DNA of 64,000 bases from NCBI GenBank assembly GCA_021432655.1, contig MU271365.1, positions 1-64,000 of the forward strand, read 5' to 3'. A program made the translations under genes and the position numbers. Numbering within the stretch: position 1 is the stretch's first letter; each line of letters opens with the position of its first letter. Below the pieces are notes generated by a model. The model was not told the DNA's origin. It saw only the letters and a program-made list of their open reading frames with translations, and searched no databases. Source of the stretch: Atractiella rhizophila. Lineage: Eukaryota. Positions 51,226 through 62,029 of this stretch are shown in pieces.

Positions 51226-54200
51226 ATGACGAGATCCAAAAAACGAAAATTCCATCAGACTTCCGATACTCCTCAGCAATCAGCCAATCAAATAGAATTC
51301 CAAGGGACACCAATAGAACAAAGCATGGTCCCAGGTCCTTCCTCTAAAAAGTCTAAGAAAGAACGAGATGGCAATGGCCTGTTCCTCCCTTCTCCGTTTT
51401 GCGACGAAAAGTACATCATGAGCCTGTGGAGGCATCATCAGGAGCCGGCGAAACAGTGGGTGGAGAATCCGAAGGCGGTCGTGAACAATTTCGTTACCGC
51501 CATCGAAGGGAAGGGGGCAGAGTATAAAGCTATGAGAGGGAGAGTTGACGGGAAAGCAGTCACGAGGTACGTTGCCCATTCCCTTCTAGTGACATGGTTC
51601 ACGCTGGGGAGGTTTCACGTTTCTTCTCGCTCGTGGTTCGAGCTTGTCAGCTCGTAACGCCTGCCTGTTTCGTATTTGCTTTATGTGTACTGTAAAGATG
51701 GGAGAGATGATTGAATGCATGCTAATTCCCCCATCTTCCGGTACCTGAGCTACTGAACGTTGATATAATACCTCTCCAGCGTGAACCTGAGCTTTCCAGA
51801 ACTTTGCTTGCGTAAATCTGTCAGCTTCGCTGATTGCTGGCGGACTTCAGATGTACAATAAGCATCGAGACTCCCGTAGGTGCCATTCAGGCAATTGGCG
51901 ATGCAGAGTCGAGAAAAGAAGCAGAGAAGCTATGCGCGCTCTCGCTCTGCTTGCAGATTGGGAATCGAAACCTATTCGACAAGTCCAACCTTCCCAACTT
52001 TCTCTCTGCTCACCATGCCCAGTCCAATTTGACTGCCTTTCAAAAGCGTAACGACAACGTCGCTACCTCCCCCGCTTCTTCTTCGAAAAAACAATCGGGA
52101 AAGGCCAATAAGACCCAAGAAGACATGCTCAGAGATGTCATTGCAGCCATTCCAAAACCTGCCACTCTCACGGATGGAACCGCAGTGAGCATCGAGACGG
52201 CGAGACAGTTCATGGACTTTTACTGTCAAAAGTTCAAATTCGGGAAACCTGCTCTCGTGGTTGTTCAAGGAGGGCGGCTGATTGGTGGGAGCCAGTTGTG
52301 GCATGCGAGCTTGAGCGTGGGAGGGTCGAAGATCGGGATGGGAAAAGGGAAGAAGAAGACGGAAGCGGTCAATGCGGCGTATATCGACACCGCTGCCTAC
52401 CTCGAAAGGTGTGATGGACCGCTGTGGACGGAATTCCAGAGCGCGAAGAAGTCACTCAGTGGACCAGTCAATACTGTTTACTTCAACGTTTCGCATGATT
52501 TGGCGGAGGAGTTGAGGGAGCTCGTCTACGATGCTTCGAACTCTAGGCTGTACGAGAGAGCTACAAGGACGAGACCATTAGGGGGGAAGGATGGGAAGGG
52601 GGAGGGGGAGCGACATGGATATCGTAGGGCAGCTTTGGTTGAGGGAACGCCTGCATTCCGAAGGAGAGGGGCGGAGCTCAAGGATAAACTGAAAAAATAC
52701 CTTGAGGATGCGACGATGGAATCGATGAGGGCCCAGCGAGCGTCGTTGCCCATCTCGACGAACAAGGAGGAGGTGGTAAAGACGATTAATGAGAACGATG
52801 TCAGTATCGTCATGGCGGCGACTGGGAGCGGGAAGACGACGCAGGTTCCCCAACTCATCCTAGATCAGGCGATTGCGGATGGGAAAGGTCCGAAATGCAA
52901 CATCATCTGCACTCAACCAAGAAGGATTGCAGCAATTTCAGTGGGTCAGAGAGTAGCAAAGGAAAGGGGGGAGTTGGTAGGGGATACTATCGGGTATCAA
53001 GTCAGATTCGAGAAAAGGTTTCCCAGAGGGAATGGAAGTGTACTGTTCTGTACGGTTGGGATATTCTTGAAAGGAGTCCAGGACGATGAGGCTGGAGTAG
53101 GTGGGAGGATGATGGACGGAATCACTCATGTTGTGGTGGATGAGGTGCACGAGAGGGATGTTGAGATTGATCTCCTTTTGTTCGTGTTGAGGAGAGCATT
53201 GGAGAGACGAAAAAAGGCAGGGCTGCCGATGTTCAAAATCATCCTCATGTGCGGCTTTTCTCGTTCCAGTCTTCAATATTTGAGATTGACGACAACGCAG
53301 GTCAGCAACAGTGGATCCAACACTGTTTCAAAACTACTTCCATGGAGCGCCAATCATTGACGTTCCAGGGCGAACATATCCTGTCGAGCGCAAATACTTT
53401 GACGACGTGGTTGCGGACCTGCGCAAAGTGATCCCTCATAATTCTCCAGCTCGTTGGGTTTGGAACGATCGAGCTGTCACCGACTACATCGATAAGGAGG
53501 TAGCGAACCCCAGTCCAAATATGAAGACATTGCCCACGGTTGATACACCGTACGCTTTCATAGCCATCATGATATCGTGGATCATGGGCAAGTCAGATTC
53601 AGGCCACGTTCTCGTTTTCCTACCTGGTTGGGACGAAATAAGGAAGGTAGAAAACATGCTCAAGGACCAATCGGAATTCCCTCTCATCCCTGGAGTCAAC
53701 TTCAACTCAGACAAGTACGAGATCCATCTCCTCCATTCCAGCATTCCAGTCGCAGATCAACAAAAAGTTTTCGATTTACCCCCAGAAGGAGTCCGGCGCG
53801 TTATCCTTTCTACTAACATTGCAGAAACATCTGTCACCATCCCAGACGTCTGCTTTGTTGTTGATTCCGGTCAAATGAGGGAAAAAGTCTACGACCCGGA
53901 ACGTCGACTGTCATCTCTCGTCACTTCTTTCGTTGGTACTTCCAATCTGAACCAAAGGGCCGGTCGAGCAGGACGACATCGACCGGGAGAGTACTACAGT
54001 CTCGTATCGAATGCTCGATTAGCTACTCTCAATGTCCATGCAACGGTAGAGATGCAACGAGAAGAAATCTCGAATGTCTGCATGAGGATTCTCAGCTTTG
54101 GCCTTCCGATGCACGTTGCAGAAGTTCTAAACGACTGCATTGAGCCTCCAGAGCCCGAGAGAGTCCTTGCGGCATTGGAGCGGTTACATCGAGTTGGCGC

Positions 54201-55659
54201 CATTGACTCGAACGAGAAGCTCACGAGTCTTGGACGAGTGCTCGTTAAGCTGCCAGTCGATCCTAGTATCGGAAAGCTGTGCCTTCTCGGCTCCTTTTTC
54301 AGGTGCTTGGAACCAACTGTTACCCTTGCGACGGTTTTTACGAACCGAGATCCCTTCTTGGCTCCTATCAATGTTCGAGCTGAAGCCAACGAAGTCAAGG
54401 CAAGCTGGTCACCGACCGATTTCAAATCCGATTTTCTTGCAACCTTGAACGCCTATAAGGCTTGGGACAGGCTCCAATCAACAGGCCAATACGTCGCTGC
54501 CAACCAATTTTGCCAACAAAACTTCTTGAGTAAAATTACCCTCGTCGCTCTTGATCTCGTGAAGCAACACCTCATCGAAAGTTTGGAAGATGCCGGAGTC
54601 CTCCTGGTTTCCGGAGGCACGCAAGAGAATAGCAGAGTTATCTGGAACCGGAGAGGTCCAAAACCAAGTGCTACGTTGCCTGAAAGCCTCAACACTCACA
54701 GCGACAGCCTTCCGCTCCTCGCCAGTTTGATCGCCACAGCTGTCGCTCCCAACTTCGCTATCCGAGCTTCGACTAAGAGTTGGGTAACAGCCACAGATAG
54801 AGTCGTACGTTTTCTCTTCCTGCCTTTCACTCCTCAGGATTTCAGAACTTATTCCATAATCCAGGTCATCATGAGCAGTTCTTCGGTCAATCATAGCAAA
54901 CATCAAGATGACCAAGCGCGTACGAGCGAACGACAACTATATGCCTTCCATGAGAAGGTGAGGATGACGGCGACCACCCGAGCAGATGGTACTAGAGTAG
55001 AGGGTCCCATGACGTTACGAGGGACAACAGCTCTCGACCCTTTGGGATATATGCTCTTCGGTGCTAATTCGCTTCGAGTAACGGAACGCGGTTTAAAATG
55101 TGATGACTGGCTTGGGATTCAAGGAAATGTAGCTGCATTAGATGACGTAGAGCGTCTTCGCGAAATCCTGGATCTTTGTCTCCTCCGTGTCTTCGAAGGA
55201 CTTAACAGTGGCCCTCCTGCTCAAAATCGACCATATCGCGATGACTGGGAAGACGAGAACTTCCGAGAAGGGGAACAAGATGACGACAATCCCAGACTCG
55301 AACGAGAAGAGGTTGAGGACCTGGATATCCTGGCAACCAGAGTAGTCCGTCTGCTCAATCGCTATGCAGAAGAGCGCCGGGGTGGCTCTGCCTCTCTCGC
55401 TGGCTCCAGCAGTCGCCCCCAAACACCAGGAGGCGACTACCGCGGCGATTCTAGGGCAGGTTCCCGAGCTGCTAGCCCTCTTCTGGGGGCACGGGCACTG
55501 TCTTCAACTAGCACAAGGCCGTCTAGTTTAGCGGGGTCGAGTCGCCCTCCTAGCTCTTTAGGTGCAAACCGAAGACCAGCAGTCAGCACCTCGTCCACTT
55601 TCAAGTCAACATCTTCAAAACTGGGACCTGACAGTTCGAATTGGCGAGCAAGGTCATGA
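51226..55659 (+). CDS. DEAH/RHA RNA helicase with N-terminal dsRBD-like domains (DHX30/DHX36/DHX9-like)
   Basis: dsRBD-like GDAESRKEAEKLCA and GKGKKKTEAVNAA; ATGSGKTTQVPQ, TQPRRIAA, DEVH, M|SAT, LVFLPGW, STNIAETSVT, QRAGRAGR, HA2 LPVDPSIGK; introns include 51567-51850. Confidence 0.93.
51596..51787 (+). ncRNA. Structured RNA element within helicase intron 1 (function unknown)
   Basis: 18-bp stem 51596-51613/51770-51787 (17 Watson-Crick + 1 G-U) enclosing two further hairpins. Confidence 0.5.
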
Positions 55660-55887
55660 AATTAGGGTCGATTGTATGTTTATGGTATTTACGTCATTTA
55701 CAAAGCTTGTAATTATTCCCTTTGGGTGTGGTGACCAATGAAGGACTTCGTGCGATCTGACCATTCCTCCATGCACTATGAGAGACTTCAAACTTGGAGC
55801 GTGGAGCGTCAACAGTTTGTGCGGGGCAAGGGAAAGAGCAGGAATGCGAACACTTGGAAAGGTTTGAAGGAGTAAGGTGTACAAACA

Positions 55888-58186
55888 TCACTCGTCCAAC
55901 CCACGAGCTGCCTTGGCCATCCGTCCCAAACCGCTAAGGAAACCCGCAGAGCCTCCGTACCCCAATTCTCCCACTCCCTGAACAAACTCCCAGGCTGCCT
56001 TCGGCTTGTCCCCAACGTTCGGATACTGCAGATGGGGAGGAATGCTTGTCTGGATCACCCCATGGAATCTGTCCTGCACGACACTCTTCAAGTTGCAAAG
56101 AGCTCTAAGACCCTCTGGACCTGCAAAGCGACCATATCCTCCTGATCGCTTTGCGGAGTGTCCGCCAAAGGGCAGAGATTGGTTCATGTAGTATGTAGCA
56201 AAATCGTTCGAAGAAACCATGCCACATTTTAAACGTGAGATCTGCATAAAGAATAAGAGACTGAAGGAGAATTGAGGAGGTGTAGTGACGGACCACGTAG
56301 TCGCATGCTTTTTTTGATCGTCCAAAAACTGAAGCTCCAAGTCCATACTTGGTGGAGTTCGCTATCTCAATAGCCTCGTCCACCGTCTTCTGGCTTGTTA
56401 GGGATAATAAGAATGTAGAGAAGATTAAACTCACCGAAAATTTGTAGATGGCAGCAATTGGAGCGAAACACTCCTGTTGTGCAATTGCCATGTCCTTCTT
56501 GACATCTACGAGAAGAGTTGGTTGAAAGTAGTATCCTTCCTTCCACGTCGGATGCTCGAATCTTTTCCCTCCAACCAGAACTCGCGCTCCTTCCTTCACC
56601 GCTCCTTGAATCATCTTTTCTAAACCATCAAACGAGCGATCCGAAATCATAGAGCCGACATCCACTTTCTGTTTATCTTCTCCATCCGCGAACCAAGAAG
56701 CCAGCGCAGATCCACATCTCAAAGGCTTCATGACTTTCTCCATCTCCTTCACCACAGCCTCATATTTCTTCTCGTGCACTAAAATCCTCTCGATGCCGAT
56801 GCAATTCTGCCCACCACTTTGGCCGACACCTCGAAGAAAAGTAGCCTTGAAAGTCTCCAGATCCGCATCCTCAAGAACGATCGCAGGGTCCTTCCCTCCA
56901 AGCTCCAAGCAGACCTGGGTCCCTGCTTTTGCTGCTGCCTCGGCGACCAGACGTCCGACTTCAACACTACCGATAAAAGTGATGTGGGCAAGACGAGGGT
57001 CTGACGTCAAAATATTCTGCAGTGTCTGGAAGAGCGAGGACGACCTGGGACGCCAACTTGTCAGAAACTAACGAGTTATGATAGACAGGACGGACCTGCA
57101 CTAGCTCTGGGTCGAAATTGCAAGCTTTCAAGACGCCTTTAACACTTTTGATGTACTCCAGAGAACTCCAAGCAACCGCTTCAGAAGGTTTGATGACAAT
57201 AGCATTACCGGCGAAGAGAGAGGCGATAATTGGAGAAAGAAGGTTGTGGAAAGCTGTTCACCATCTGATGTGGGTATTAGGATATAAGAAGAGGATAAAT
57301 GCAGCGTACGGTAGTTCCAGCTCACTAACGCAGCCACCACTCCCAAGGGTTCATAGCGCACCTCGCACACTTTGTGCTTCATCAACAGTGGAGTCCTAGG
57401 CATGTTCGTTAGCAATAGACAGAGAAAGTGCCTGAAAACTGACGGTCTTCGATCTGGCGTCAAAGCTTTTTCACCCTCCTCGATCATGTACCTCAGCTTC
57501 TCCAAAGTGGGTAAAATCTCGCCAAAATATGCGTCAATCACTGCCGCCCATCGAATCAGAATGGTGCGCAAGAGACTTGCGAGAAGGACATGCTAGTTTT
57601 TCCACTATCGCGACATGAGATTTTAACTATGCTGTCTGCATCCTTTCTGGTCCACTCGAGCAACGTCCGACACAGCTTTCGTCGTTCTTTGAATGAACTT
57701 TGTCCCCAAGCAACTTGCGCCGAAGTAGCTTTGGCAATCTTCTCACTAATGGATTGAGGGGTATCAACAGGGACTACATCAATCAACTGCCCTGTTTTGA
57801 GTCAGAAATTGCATACGAAGTCTAGGAAAGGCTACTCACCAGTAGCAGGATCAAATGCGGTTACACAAGTCGATTTCGTTGTTCCATATTGAGAATTGTA
57901 GAGTTGAGCAGCTGGTGAGCTGGCTTCGAGATGGGAAAAGATGGTAGGCTTTTTCAAAGTCTCTCCCTTCCAAGTGGGACTGTTGCACACCATCAGAACC
58001 CTTGCTTCGAGCAGAAAAGAGAGTAACAAACGCGATTTGTTCCGGCTGGTGAGAAACGAATGGAACTGCGCGCTCCGTGCTCGAAATCCGAAAGAAAAAT
58101 TGGTATAAGAGGGAAAGAACAATTAGAGAGATTGTGATAACAACTGCTGGCGAACCCAGAGGAGCTATCCAGCTGGAGTCTGGCAT
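55888..58186 (-). CDS. MSC7: Aldehyde dehydrogenase, MSC7/ALDH22 type, with N-terminal TM anchor
   Basis: GKTMIDAYFGEI, EPLGVVAALVSWNY, FIGSVEVG, LELGGKDP, GQNCIGIER, QECFAP, YYMNQSLPFGG..SGGYGRFAGPEGLR. Confidence 0.9.
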
Positions 58187-58215
58187 TTTCGTGGTTTCGC
58201 GCGTTAGAAATGCGG

Positions 58216-58236
58216 ACACGTGACGCGTCGACGTGT
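58216..58236. promoter_or_regulatory. Near-perfect 21-bp palindrome in the divergent MSC7/ALG2 promoter
   Basis: ACACGT-GACGCGTC-G-ACGTGT; contains CACGTG and ACGCGT. Confidence 0.45.
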
Positions 58237-58315
58237 TTCTGAACACAACAGACGAAAGCTCGCCGTGACCACAGAATCAAGAGGGATACCATCGTGGTGA
58301 GCTTGCAGGATAGTA

Positions 58316-60145
58316 ATGGACTATGATGAACCCCGCAAATTGCGGGTAGGAGTGATCCACCCTGACTTAGGAATTGGTGAGCACCTTCTAACTTCGAGCT
58401 AAAGGGAGAAGTCAGAGCAGCGGGACAGGCGGAGCAGAGAGACTTGTCGTCGATGTTTGCGTTGGTCTCCAGAAATTGGGCCATGAAATCGAAATCTATA
58501 CCATGCGGCATGAGAAAGAAAGGTGTTTCAGTGAGACCGCAGACGGTGGGTCTTTGCTGCTCTTTCCCTGGAGCAACTATGAATGGGAGAGACAGGCACT
58601 TTGAAGGTCTCTGTTCTCGGTTCGTGGCCTATACCTCGCGGCCTTCCCATCCCATTTACAAAACGGACAATCTTCAATACGCCCCTCCAAATCTTGCGTC
58701 AATTTCACCTGACAATCAGCTTGATTTGCCAACAACTCGCCTACACTCTTCATTTGCCCCTTTTACCAAAGGCAAAACCATTCGATGTCATCTTCATGGA
58801 CCAGCTCTCTACATGTCTTCCGCTCTTACGATGGCTCACTGGAACCCGAGTCGTATTCTACGTTCACTTTCCTGACCTCCTCCTCAGCTCAGGGCGAGGC
58901 AAGGACATATTCGGCAGGTCGTTAGGACCGCCTCAAACTATCGGAGAGATGATTCGAAGACACTATCGTGCTCCTTTGGACACGCTGGAGGAGACGACGA
59001 CGGGAGAAGCAGACATTTTGCTCTCCAACTCGGAATTCACCTCGAGCATATTTACGAAGACTTTCCCACTCTTGCGGCGCTACCCTATCGTCGTATATCC
59101 CGGAATCAACACGGAGACGTTTCAGGATGAAGCTCTCACTAAGGTGGATCAGGCATCAGAAGAGATTCAGGTCCTTCAATCGTGCGTGTCCCACTACCCT
59201 TTCTCCAGCATGGCTGATGTTTGCTGGAAGGGACACACAGCATTTTTTGTCCATAAATCGCTTTGAGAGCAAGAAAAACCTTGGACTGGCAATCGCTGCT
59301 TTTGCTCAACTTCATAAATCGCGACCCAACTTACGACTTATTCTCGCAGGTATGTGCTCACCTTGCAATTTTTTTTCAGGAAAGCTGTTGACGCAGGAGC
59401 AGGAGGGTACGATCCTCGTTTACCGGAAAACAGTCAAGTTCTAGTCAAGCTCCAACGACTAGCAGACAAACTATCACTCACACATCACACCTACTCATCT
59501 ATCGTCCCTCCGTCTTCATCACAAGGCAGTCCTTCCATCTCAGACAAGCCCAACTCCACATCCTCCATCCTCTTCCTCCTCAACATCTCCGACGCCCAAA
59601 AGCTCCACCTCCTCACTTCCCCACGCACCATCTCCTTGCTCTACACTCCAAGTCATGAGCATCTTGGCATCGTACCTCTAGAATCCATGGCTTGTGGACT
59701 ACCCGTCATCGCGGCGGACGACGAGGGCGGTCCGAGGGAAACAATCGTCGATAGCAGCATGGGCATGGAAGAAGAGGGTGAATTCGACGTCGAACGTTGG
59801 GCTGAGACTTCGACCGGATTCCTCCGTCCGCCTCTTGAACCTGTGTGGGCGGAAGCGATGGAACACATGCTCTCGATGACTCTTGAACAGCGGTCGAGGG
59901 TTGCTGAGAACGGGAAACGAAGAGTGAGGGAGAAGTTTTCGCTTGAGTCGATGAGTAAGAGTATCGAGGAGACGTTGTACAATGCGGTGAAGATGGATGG
60001 GTTCGAAGGGAGCGAAAGGACCAGACCTTCGATTAGTACGGAGAGTGGATTTTTCGGGTTTGCTGGCGCCGTTGCGTGTTTTTGGGTCATGATCGCATTT
60101 TTAGCTTTCTTGTTCTATCCCGACTTCTTCCCTGAGGAAAGTTGA
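58316..60145 (+). CDS. ALG2: Alpha-1,3/1,6-mannosyltransferase Alg2 (GT4)
   Basis: IHPDLGIG|GAERLVVD, FYVHFPDLLL, VVYPGI, LSINRFESKKN, GGYDPR, LYTPSHEHLGIVPLESMACGLPV, GGPRETI; C-terminal TM helix. Confidence 0.95.
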
Positions 60146-60159
60146 TCTCCTTGTTGGTA

Positions 60160-61735
60160 TCATGGAATAGATATCAACGTTCGTTCTTCTACTGAAGGGA
60201 GAGAAGTCTCGGAGAAGCGACAAAGACTCCGCGCGATGTAATGCCACACCAACCCTTTCGAAGGCTCAATGACAGCCTGCCTTCCCATGCTCCAAACCAA
60301 TCGCCGCTTCTTCTCGTACACCTCCTTAGGAATAGCTCTCAAAATCTCTATCCCACCAATGAACAGCTAAGACCAACAACACTGCGACCAGGAAAGGGGG
60401 AGGGAGGAGAAAAGAAAGGCGTACGAGGAGTCAAATGTGCCTCCCTCCTCGAAATCTTGACCGTCATACCCTCCCAATCGATATCATCCTCAAAAGGCAA
60501 CACGATTCCCTCGCTCCCAATCAACACAGGAACGACTCCAAAAGCCAAATACTCCCAAATCCTAGTAGTATCCAAAGTCCATCCAGGCGGGGTCAACCCA
60601 TACTTAGCACGCGAGAGCGCGCGCGCGTACTCTTCGTTCGTCGATCCGTGGGCGACGTCGAAGTCTGGAAAACTCGCGAAGCCGGAGTGGAGGTGCTCTC
60701 CTGTTGGAGAGGTGGAGTTGAAGAAGAGCGAACGGATGCCGAGAGAGTAGGAGGTGCTTGAGTTGGAGGCACCAGTCCCGCGGAAGATGGCGAGCTTACG
60801 ACGATTTCCCACCTTCCCAGTGCGCAACGTCGGCTCGTATATCTCTGTTTCTTGTTTGCCCTTAACGAGTGAAGGTGAGGAAGAGAAAGGAGTGACGAAA
60901 GGTCGTCCTTCGTCGTCGAGGTAGTCTTTTGGATTGATGAAATAGCTATGAAGCAGATACGTGATCGACGGGATGGTAATATCTCTATGCCTGCGATACC
61001 CCCAAACTTCTTTCACGCCTCTCAAATCGCCGACAGTGGTGAAATAGAGCGCATTCTGCATCAACCTTCTCAGCTCCTCAGAATAATAATGGTCTCTATG
61101 ATCCATCTGATGGAAGAATATGTGGTCCCTTCCCCCCGTACGATTCCACCACGGCTGGTCATGTACGATCCATCGTAGCGCAGGTCCTAAATACTCCTCG
61201 TCCACCGCACACCTCAGCTCCTGGTCCCACCCAGGACTGGAATCCCAACAGTTGAAGAGGTAGCAGGAAGGGTCGAGAGGAATGAGGAAGTGAGTGGCGG
61301 TCGTTGGATCGGTGGTGAGGTAGAGGGAGGATATGTGTGCGTTGTTGTGGAGGATGGACAGGAGGTATTGAGAGGAAGAGTATGGTGACCAGCGGCATTT
61401 GGAAATGGATGCTGATGGAAGCAGTAGATGCTCAGGCAGCTCGTATAACTACTGGAACTTCAGCGACGCCTCGAACCCCGCGAGTGCTGATGAGACGAGA
61501 CGAACGTATATCTTGGGAATACAAAGTGGGTATCCTTATGACAGCGTCCTGTTAGAGCTCACAGCATGAGAACTGACAACTATGGCTCACGGAGATCAGC
61601 GGGCCAGGTGTGCCATTGGTCTTGCAGCTCGGGAAGGGGAGGAAAGGTCTGGGGAGGTCGATTGAGGAAGTAGAACATGGCGAGGGCTGCAGCGACGACC
61701 CAAAGCCTCAAATCGACTGCTGTTCTGCGACTCAT
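60160..61735 (-). CDS. Exostosin-family glycosyltransferase (GT47), type II membrane protein
   Basis: N-terminal TM WVVAAALAMFYFL; PKIY|LYELP, TTDPTTATHFLIP, PWWNRTGGRDHIF, LAIFRG, AKYGLTPPG..TTRIWEYLAFGVVPVLI..LPFEDDIDW. Confidence 0.88.
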
Positions 61736-62029
61736 CTTGCCTTGGCTGCTTGCTACTATAAATTACTGATAAAGGACATGGCAACATTGACAATAACAAT
61801 GCAGTTATTGATGGTGAGCAAAACATTGCCAGCATCAATGTGCATCAAAGTTCACACATTGGCTACTTCTCTGTAGCTCAGTAGCTGTCATCAGAGCTGT
61901 CATAGCGGCCAGGGTCGATACAATCCCAACTCAAGGAGGAATACGCCACAGCCACATCCGCTCGCAGTAGCAAGCAGTCATCTCCTGCCTCCTCCAAACC
62001 TTTCAGGCTGAGCTGCCAGCTGCCTCCAA

